Positions 56,396 through 64,000 of a DNA stretch of 64,000 bases are shown here, piece by piece (the first letter of the stretch is position 1; the number at the start of each line of letters is the position of its first letter). Under the pieces are notes generated by a model that was given only the letters and a program-made list of their open reading frames with translations, was not told the origin of the DNA and ran no database searches. The position numbers and the translations under genes were made by a program. Source of the DNA: Anthoceros angustus (taxonomy: Eukaryota; Plantae; Anthocerotophyta); assembly GCA_010909165.1 (NCBI GenBank), contig MU008207.1, forward strand, positions 186,001-250,000, in the 5' to 3' direction.

Positions 56396-57610
56396 ATTCA
56401 ACAAAGACGTCAACAACATTACTTTGGCCCTCACAATAGCATCTTCTCTGCCTCATCTAAATGGCCTGCACGCCCAAGAAGATCAATCATGCAATTGTAA
56501 TGCTCAATAGTAGGTTTGATGCCATGCTGTTCAGCCATGGAATCAAAGTGCTTGCGACCCTCATCCACTAGTCCCTCATGACTGCATGCTACTAAAGGCA
56601 AGTAAAGTAGCATCATCAGGCTGAATACCGGCAAGTAACATCTCCTCAAAACAAGCTAGTGCCTTGTGGCCTTCATCACAAGTACCATACCCAGATATCA
56701 GGGTCCATGTCACCACATCCTTTGTGGCCATGCTGTCAAAAACCTGGCGTGCATCTTCAGTTCACCACATTTTGCATACATGTCCACAAGGCAGGTACCT
56801 ACCAGAATGTTATCTAGTAGTCCTCTTTGCACGATCTGTGAGTGCAGTTGCCTGCCCTTCTGTAAGGCACCAGTGCTTGCACAGGCCTTCAAAAGGCAAG
56901 CCAGAGTAACATCGCTAGCCACAAGCAGACCCTCCTGCTCCATTTTTCCATACAGACAAAGCGCCTCTGGGCCGAGTCCTTGCTGTGCGTACCCAGCTAT
57001 CAGAGCATTCCATGTCACCACATCCTTTGTGGCCAAGCTTTCAAAAACCTGCCGTGCATCTTCCAGTTCGCCACATTTCGCATACATGTCCACCAGGCAG
57101 TGCCCCAACACTACGTTTGTCCAGCAGTCCTCTCGACAATCTGTGAGTGCAGCTGCCTGCCCTTCTGTAAGGCACCAGTGCTTGCACAGGCCTTCAGAAG
57201 GCAAGCAAAAGTAACATGGTCAGCCAAAAATGAGGCCTGCTCCATTTGTCCATACAGAACAAGTGCCTCTTGGCCAAGCCCTTGCTGTGCATACCCAGCA
57301 ATCAGGGCATTCCATGTCACCACATCCTTTGTGCCATGCTGTCAAAAACCTGGCGTGCATCTTCAGTTCACCACATTTTGCATACATGTCCACCAGGCAG
57401 TTGCCAACAAACAAGTCAGGAGAATGCCACTTTACCAGATCACAGTGCACTTTTCTGCCAGATTCCAAGTCAGCAGCACAAGCTTGAAGGGCAGCTACAA
57501 AGACGTGAGCATCCGCCTTCACTCCTGACCTACGCATCTCATGGTACAGTTGTATGGCCTCATTAGGTTTCCCGCTTAGCATGTGCAGAGATTATGGAAA
57601 ACCACATGAA
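56395..57610 (-). pseudogene. Middle PLS/P2-L2-S2/E1 segment of the minus-strand KP gene
   Basis: ACSHEGLVDEGRKHFDSMAEQHGIKPTIEHYNCMIDLLGRAGHLDEAEKMLL plus AKCGELEDARQVF repeats of the KP-gene style. Confidence 0.75.
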
Positions 57611-59168
57611 GGCATTTGGTTTGCCACCCTGGTGAACATGTATGCCAAGTGTGGCAGCTTGGAGGATGCTCAGACAGTGTTTAATGGACTTGGTCACAAA
57701 GATGTTGTGACGTGGACTGCAATGATAGCAGGGTACTCCCAGCACAGCATGGGGCAGGAGGCACTTGCTCTCTACAGTGCCATGCAAGATGAAGGCCTGG
57801 CTGTACCCAATTCTGTGACGTTTGTGTGCCTGCTGCAGGCATGTGCAAGTGTGGGCAGCCCAGCTTTGGAGAAGGGAAAGCACCTTCATGCGCAAATCAA
57901 AGCAGGTGGACATGAAGCTGATGTGTTTGTTGCCAACAGTTTGGTGAACATGTATGCAAAATGTGGCAGCCTGGAAGATGCTCAGGTAGCTTTTGACAGA
58001 ATTGGTCAAAAAACGGTTGTGACGTGGACTGCCATTATAGCAGGATATTCCCAGCAGGGTAGGGGTGAGGAAGCCCTTCGTGTGTACAGTTGTATGGAAG
58101 AAGGAGGCATCGTGGTACCCGATTCCGTGACGTTTGTGTGCCTGCTCCAGGCATGTGCAAGTGTGGGCACCCCAGCTTTAGACAAGGGGAAGCAGCTTCA
58201 TGCGCTGATTAGGGAGCGAGGATATGAAGCTGATGTGTTTGTAGCCAACAGTTTGGTGAATATGTATGCAAAGTGTGGCAGCTTGGGAGACGCACAGACT
58301 GTGTTTGACGGACTTGGTCACAGAGATGTGGTGACGTGGACTGCCCTGATAGCAGGGTATTCCCAGCAGGGCATGTGGCAGGAAGCCCTTCGTTTTTACA
58401 GTGCTATGAGAGAAGAAGGTTTTGCTATACCTGATTCTGTGACATTTGTGTGCCTCCTTCAGGCATGTGCAAGTGTGGGCACCCCAGCTTTGGAGAAGGG
58501 CAAGGATCTTCACGCACAGATTACAGAGGGAGGGCATGAAGCTGTTGCATCTGTAGCTAGCATGGTAGTGAACATGTATGCAAAGTGCGGAAGCTTGGAA
58601 GATGCTCAGAGAGTGTTTGATGGACTTGGTGAAAAAGATGTGGTGGCATGGAATGCCATGCTAGCTGGGTATTCCCAGCAGCGGATGGGGCAGGAAGCTC
58701 TTCGCCTGTACAGTGCTATGCAAGAGGAAGGCATGGTTGTACCCAATTCCTTAACATTTGTGTGCCTCCTCAAGGCATGTGCAAATGTGGCCGCTTTGCA
58801 AGTGGGAAGGCAGCTACATGCACAGATTGTCGAACAAGGGCTTCAAGCTGATGTGTTTGTAGCCGGCAGTTTGATTAACATGTATGGAAAGTCTGGGAGC
58901 ATGGTTGATGCCCAGCAGGTATTTGATGCCTTGCTGGAAAGGGACGTTGTTGTCTGGAATGGACTGGTTGCAGGCTATGCTTGTCAAGGTGACAGTGAAG
59001 TGGTCTTTGACTTGGTGCAAAGAATGATACAGGATGGTGTACGACCAGACAGCATCACATTCATTAGTGTACTAACAATGTGTAGTCATGTGGGTCTAGT
59101 AAAGAAGGGATGGGAATACTTTGATGCTATGAGCAGGCACTACGATATGCCTCCCACAGAGGACCACT
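57610..59168 (+). CDS. In-frame central/C-terminal PLS array of WW-family gene 'B' (partial)
   Basis: Within the 582-aa ORF 57554-59302: uninterrupted triplets through P2-L2 and HYTC, with both ends joined to minus-strand KP sequence. Confidence 0.75.
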
Positions 59169-59870
59169 ACACATGCATACATGCGCAAGATATGGTTCCC
59201 CAAGTATGCATTCGACTCGTACCCAAGTTTGACAGTGAGATCATGAACTCGTCGCCCACAACCAAATCCTTCTTAGCTGTACACAGTTTTAGCACAGTGT
59301 AAAACAGAGACTGAGAAATAGGAGTCTGTCTGCGCCAGATATTCCAGGGCTCCAACGGCCTCAAGCTTCCCCTGCTGACATAACATGCTCACGGTTCCAG
59401 CCGTTACGACGCCCAATTCTGATCGTTCACGACGGCCAGGGCAGGCTTATCAGGAGAGCTGGACTTGGAAGGAGCAGCATGACCCATCTGCATATTCAAG
59501 GAGACGAGCTGCTCATCAACCCAAGCTGGCTTGAATATGCTGTTTAGCCGGAGGGCCTCGCCGCCGGACCCCTATGCCGGAAATCAGGCGAACGGGAGCT
59601 CCTCTTATCTCGTGTGTTGTCCCGCCACATCGTAGGATTCCAGAAGAATTCTTGCCACAAGAGCTCCTGCTCTTGCCCCTGCGCCTGCTCCTTCGTACGA
59701 GCATCGCTGAAGAATCGTTCGCCACCAACAGATTTCCTGGGAAGTGGAAGGGCTAGATTCCTTACACTGCTGCATCTGGCGGCTTGGTTGTTTCCCAATG
59801 GTTGTAGCATCCATGTACACTCAGCATTTTGTGCAGTCCATAACGGATCCAGTTGCCATATTCTGGCCAT
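59168..59870 (-). pseudogene. 5' end of the minus-strand KP gene with PDF motif (59494-59660)
   Basis: MARIWQLDPLW (ATG 59870) ... LWQEFFWNPTMWRDNTRDKRSSRSPDFRHRG ... KPAWVDEQLVSLN, then VSMLCQQGKL...KKDLVVG, homologous to the 27718 gene. Confidence 0.8.
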
Positions 59871-60283
59871 ATTACAGGGTCCGCTCTCTTCAGATGAGGC
59901 GCACAACCAGCTGTTTGAGCAGAGGCATGAACTTGTAACCCAAGATCCTATTATTGTTGATAAAGCCGAGCCGATGTCCTAAATCTTGGTCATCCTAATG
60001 CCTCAGTGTGGCACAGTCTGTTGGGTGGGTGTCGAAGTGGAAGGGCTAGATTCCTTACACTGCTGCATCTGGCGGCTTGGTTGTTTCCCAATGGTTGTAG
60101 CATCCATGTACACTCAGCATTTTGTGCAGTCCATAACGGATCCAGTTGCCATATTCTGGCCATATTACAGGGTCCGCTCTCTTCAGATGAGGCGCACAAC
60201 CAGCTGTTTGAGCAGAGGCATGAACTTGTAACCCAAGATCCTATTATTGTTGATAAAGCCGAGCCGATGTCCTAAATCTTGGT
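59737..60283. repeat. ~245-bp direct duplication (59737-59985 / 60035-60283) covering the start codon of the minus-strand PDF gene
   Basis: Identical ORF fragments in the ORF track. Confidence 0.8.
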
Positions 60284-61519
60284 CGTGCAAAATGGACATT
60301 GAATCAAATCAGCTGGTGCGGCACGTCTACTGGTTTCAATGTCCAGGTTTGCTCCTACGGCAGCAGCAGAAGCAGCGACTAGAGCAGGAGCAGGAGGGTG
60401 GCGGTGATGAAGGCAGGAGCCTGGCTACCTGACAGAGCACCGGGAACTGGATCCTTCAACAGAAGCTACACAGCAGCAGCAGCCGCTGGCCTCACATTGG
60501 TTGTGGGGCGGTGTGAGCGGGCAGCCAACGTGAAAGTTAGTGAGAATGCGGAGTGTTTCTTACAAGCACCGGGAGCTGCCCCAACCGCCGGTTAGGAGGC
60601 TTAGCAGCTGAGGCCTGCTGGAACCACTACCTGCAAGTTGACCCACCACCAAGCTGCTGGCTTGCAGGTAGGGGAGAGCTCAGTAAGGATGTGGAACATC
60701 TACACCAGTGCCCAGATGTGGGAGCAAGCACACGAGATACAAGTGAGCAGGAAAGGGATCAAGGCATGGAAGCAACCAGGCCAGAGCTGGTGGACAGACG
60801 AGGATGGGCTGGTGCATAGTTTTTTGGTTGGGGATGAGAAGCATCCCCAACCCCATCTCCATCCACAGACGGAAGAGAAAGGAAGGATGCATCCAACTGC
60901 TAGACTGGTCACAACAGGACACATGGCTGCCAATGACAGCAAAGTGGATCATATCAGCAAGGAGAGCACTACTCAGCCAGGGCATATGCCCCCATTATCA
61001 ATCGCGAAGAACATGTCGGCGGCAGCAGGGAAACAAACTTGTCATCAGCTACATGTCACATGTATGTACGAGGCTGGAAAGCGATGGCTAGGCACTTTGG
61101 ACGACTCCACAGTAATGTTCCCCACTTCTTGCTTTGCCCACATACATCCCGTCTTGACATCCTGCTCCCGTTCGGCCAGGATGAATGTTGCTGGGTTAAG
61201 GGGTATTGTAGGAGGAGGAGCTTCTCATCGCGTAGCGCACAACCAAGTCAGGAGGAGGTGCAGCAGCTTTGCAAGAAGAAAGCCCGTCCGTTCGAGAGCG
61301 TCTTCTGGTGAGGGTTATCGCCATGAGAAGATGCTATCTAGGCAACCTACACTTTTGTGGGATATCACCAGGCAAAGTAAGCAAAGCCGTCGGTCCGACC
61401 AGCAGCGCCGGGACAGGGACAGGTATGGGGACAGGCAGCTTGCTGCTGTGAATGTGGAGACTATGCCGCGTCATTTTGGTTTTGTTTTTGATCCTGACCC
61501 TCCCAGGCCAGCAAGAGGT

Positions 61520-63361
61520 TACGATAGTGGCATAACAGCTGAAACCGTGAGGAAGCTATGTGATGAGGGTCATCTAACTCAAGCTGTTGAAGCTTTGGAA
61601 AGTCTGTCGAAGACAGCTCATCGCATTTCAAAGTCTCTCCTTCACACTGTCCTGAAGAAGTGTGTGGCAAAGAAGGATGTTGCTCTGGGCAGGCGCGTCC
61701 ATGTTTTCACCCTGAAAACGGGGTACCAGTCAGATACTTTCCTGGGTTTCTGCATCCTGCAGATGTATGCCTCACTTGGTAGGTTGCAAGACGCTATGGA
61801 TGTGTTCGAAGCCGCTGTTGAACCAGATGCCTACATGTGGTCAGCTATAATTTCCGCGCATGTGAGACACGGACGGGACAGCCAGGCCATACAATTGTAT
61901 CATCGGATGAGAAGGTCTGGTGTGAAGCCAGATGGCCATGTCTTTGTGGCAGCTCTCCAGGCTTGTGCCAGGGGGGCAGACCTAAAATCTGGTCAGCAGG
62001 TGCATGCCCATGTGCTGGCCAGCGCCAGCGACACCAATGCTGCTGAGAGTCCTGATTTGTTTGTCTACAACAGTTTGGTGGACATGTATGCCAAGTGTGG
62101 AAGTTTGGAAGACGCTCAGACAGTGTTTGATGCACTGAGTGAGAAAAGTGTTGTGACCTGGACTGCCATGATAGCAGGATATGCCCAGCAGGGCATGGGT
62201 CAGGAAGCCCTTCACCTCCACAGTGCTATGCAAGAAGAAGGCATGGTTGTACCCAACTCCGTCACATTTGTGTGTCTCCTGCAGGCATGTGCAAGTGTGG
62301 GCAGGTCAGCGCTGGAGAAGGGGAAGCAGCTTCATGCGCAGATTAGAGAAGGGGGGCACGAAGCTGATGTGTTTTTGGCTAGCAGTTTGGTGAACATGTA
62401 TGCCAAGTGTGGCAGCTTGGAAGACGCTCAGCAAGTGTTTGACAGAGTCGCTAAAAAAGATGTGGTGATGTGGACTGCCATGATAGCAGGGTACTCCCAA
62501 CAGGGGATGGGGCAGGAAGCGCTTCGTCTCTACAGTGCTATGCAAGAAGAAGGCATGGCTGTACCCAATCCCGTGACATTTGTGTGCCTCCTCCAGGCAT
62601 GTGCAAATGTGGGAGCTTTGGATCTGGGAAGGCAGCTTCATGCACAGATGCTAGAACAAAACCTCCAAGGGGATGTGTTCGTAGGTGGCAGCTTGATTAA
62701 CATGTATGGGAAGTGTGGGAGCATGGTTGATGCACAGCAGGTGTTTGATGGTTTGCCCTCGCCTGAAAGAAACATCATCACCTGGAATGCACTAATTGCA
62801 GGCTATGCCTGTCAAGGGGAGAGTGAGGTAGTGTTCGACTTGGTCCACAGAATGAGACAGGATGGCATACACCCAAACGGCATTACATTCCTTAGTGTTC
62901 TGACGGTATGCAGCCATGCGGGACTGGTGACGGAGGGGTGGCAATACTTTGAGGCAATGAGCAGGGACTACCACGGCATCACCCCTACCCAAACCCACTA
63001 TACATGCATGGTGGATCTCCTAGGCCGAGCAGGACAACTTGATGAGGCACTAACTTTGGCAAGATCAATGCCTATGGCGCCTAATGCTGCAGTTTGGCAC
63101 ACCCTTTTGGGTGCTTGTCGAAAGTGGTGCAACGTAGAGGTGGGACGCCACGCTTTTAATGAGGCCCTGAAGCTAGAGGTAGCAGACTCTGCAGCGTATG
63201 TGCTGATGTCCAACATATACACGGGTGCTCATATGTGGGAGCAGGCTCAGGAAATGCAGACAACGAGGAAAAGAATGAGGGTATGGAAGCAGCCAGGTCA
63301 GAGCTGGTGGACAGACGAGGACGGACTGGTGCACAGTTTTTTGGTTGGGGATGAGCCGTGA
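61520..63361 (+). CDS. WW-family PLS-E PPR gene 'C', ending HSFLVGDEP* (true start uncertain; within ORF 60638-63361)
   Basis: ITAETVRKLCDEGHL..., PLS triplets, E1/E2, WKQPGQSWWTDEDGLVHSFLVGDEP*. Confidence 0.88.
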   Translation, partial: YDSGITAETVRKLCDEGHLTQAVEALESLSKTAHRISKSLLHTVLKKCVAKKDVALGRRVHVFTLKTGYQSDTFLGFCILQMYASLGRLQDAMDVFEAAVEPDAYMWSAIISAHVRHGRDSQAIQLYHRMRRSGVKPDGHVFVAALQACARGADLKSGQQVHAHVLASASDTNAAESPDLFVYNSLVDMYAKCGSLEDAQTVFDALSEKSVVTWTAMIAGYAQQGMGQEALHLHSAMQEEGMVVPNSVTFVCLLQACASVGRSALEKGKQLHAQIREGGHEADVFLASSLVNMYAKCGSLEDAQQVFDRVAKKDVVMWTAMIAGYSQQGMGQEALRLYSAMQEEGMAVPNPVTFVCLLQACANVGALDLGRQLHAQMLEQNLQGDVFVGGSLINMYGKCGSMVDAQQVFDGLPSPERNIITWNALIAGYACQGESEVVFDLVHRMRQDGIHPNGITFLSVLTVCSHAGLVTEGWQYFEAMSRDYHGITPTQTHYTCMVDLLGRAGQLDEALTLARSMPMAPNAAVWHTLLGACRKWCNVEVGRHAFNEALKLEVADSAAYVLMSNIYTGAHMWEQAQEMQTTRKRMRVWKQPGQSWWTDEDGLVHSFLVGDEP

Positions 63362-63399
63362 AGCGTGAAGCGTGAAGCGTGAAGCGTGAAGCGTGAAGC
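63358..63399. repeat. Heptamer repeat (GTGAAGC)x6 overlapping the stop codon of gene 'C'; copies at ~52862 and ~54051
   Basis: Read directly from the sequence; the first unit supplies the TGA. Confidence 0.92.
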
Positions 63400-64000
63400 T
63401 GGTTACTGGCAGGAAACACTAGAGACTGGATGCTGATGGCTCGTCTGACGTGCTAGGAGGCGCTACGACGAGGCTCATTCTCGGCTGTCATTCTTTGTAA
63501 CGGGATGCCTACTGCTATGGTATGTGCGAGATAAAGTTTGCTCAAGGAGCAGAAGAGCCGAGCGCGATAATTGTGCCAAGATTCCCAGCCCAATGCCGGA
63601 GCCTTCAGAAAACTATGGTGTGTGGTCGCGGGTTCCAAAGTTTTCAGCCAGCACATGGATGGATAGAGGAGAAGCTGATGGTAATTGTCATGGAGTTGGA
63701 TGTGAGATGGTTAATGGTGACTAGGCAAAATGGTTCATGTCCAACCCCACATCAGCTGGACGCTTCACTACTGAAGCATTTGAGGTTCTTTAGGAGTTAG
63801 TTAAGCATAGGAGAGTCTTTGGTTGCTAAGGCTCTCGATTCTCTTCGCTGATACCCTTTTACGTACATCAGCAACCGAGGTACGCTCATCTGGTTATCCT
63901 GGTTTGCCTTGAGCGAGGCCTCAAGGATGAGAAACCTATTCATCCCTTTCGGGAGAGAACTTATGTTCGGGACATTATTCATTGGATTCCGATTAGAAAT

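Noticed and set aside
60290-60690. Ala/Gln-rich short ORFs as the first exon of gene 'C'
   Set aside because: Joined to the WW tail at a mosaic junction; no supportable splice or start model.
2000-63400. The many 60-250-aa ORFs antisense to or out of frame with PPR genes
   Set aside because: Shadow ORFs of GC-rich repetitive PPR coding sequence; they recur with the same period and have no independent motifs.

Overview
Plant nuclear DNA, most likely a hornwort (inferred from DYW:KP domains ending DRH/GRP, WW-box PPR genes and the compact introns of SERK). The window is a dense cluster of PLS-class PPR RNA-editing-factor genes. It holds at least five DYW:KP-type genes (the class linked to reverse U-to-C editing; C-termini DRH, GVP, GRP, GRS, GRP), at least three WW-box genes whose DYW domains are frameshifted or eroded, and one E+ gene with long L motifs. 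Also present: an 11-exon SERK receptor kinase, tRNA-Pro(CGG) in two copies, a chromodomain Ty3/Gypsy remnant, a solo LTR with non-canonical AGT...ACT ends and a 5-bp TSD, an RLE-type LINE fragment and several tandem repeats. Most novel signal: several PPR genes carry, between the presumed transit peptide and the first PPR motif, a ~55-aa motif (LW..FF..P..WWDNR..K....PDF.....E.LWL....P.WV..QL) matching the ssDNA-binding PDF motif of organellar OSB proteins. It is fused to both a WW-type gene and KP/GRP-type genes, giving a PDF-PLS-E-DYW:KP architecture I do not know to be described. Positions 1-~36.7 kb read as largely coherent genome. From ~36.7 kb on, the sequence is a mosaic of near-identical partial copies joined at 8-11-nt microhomologies, with many 1-4-nt deletions. 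This is probably an assembly/consensus artefact, so gene counts and frameshifts there are provisional.
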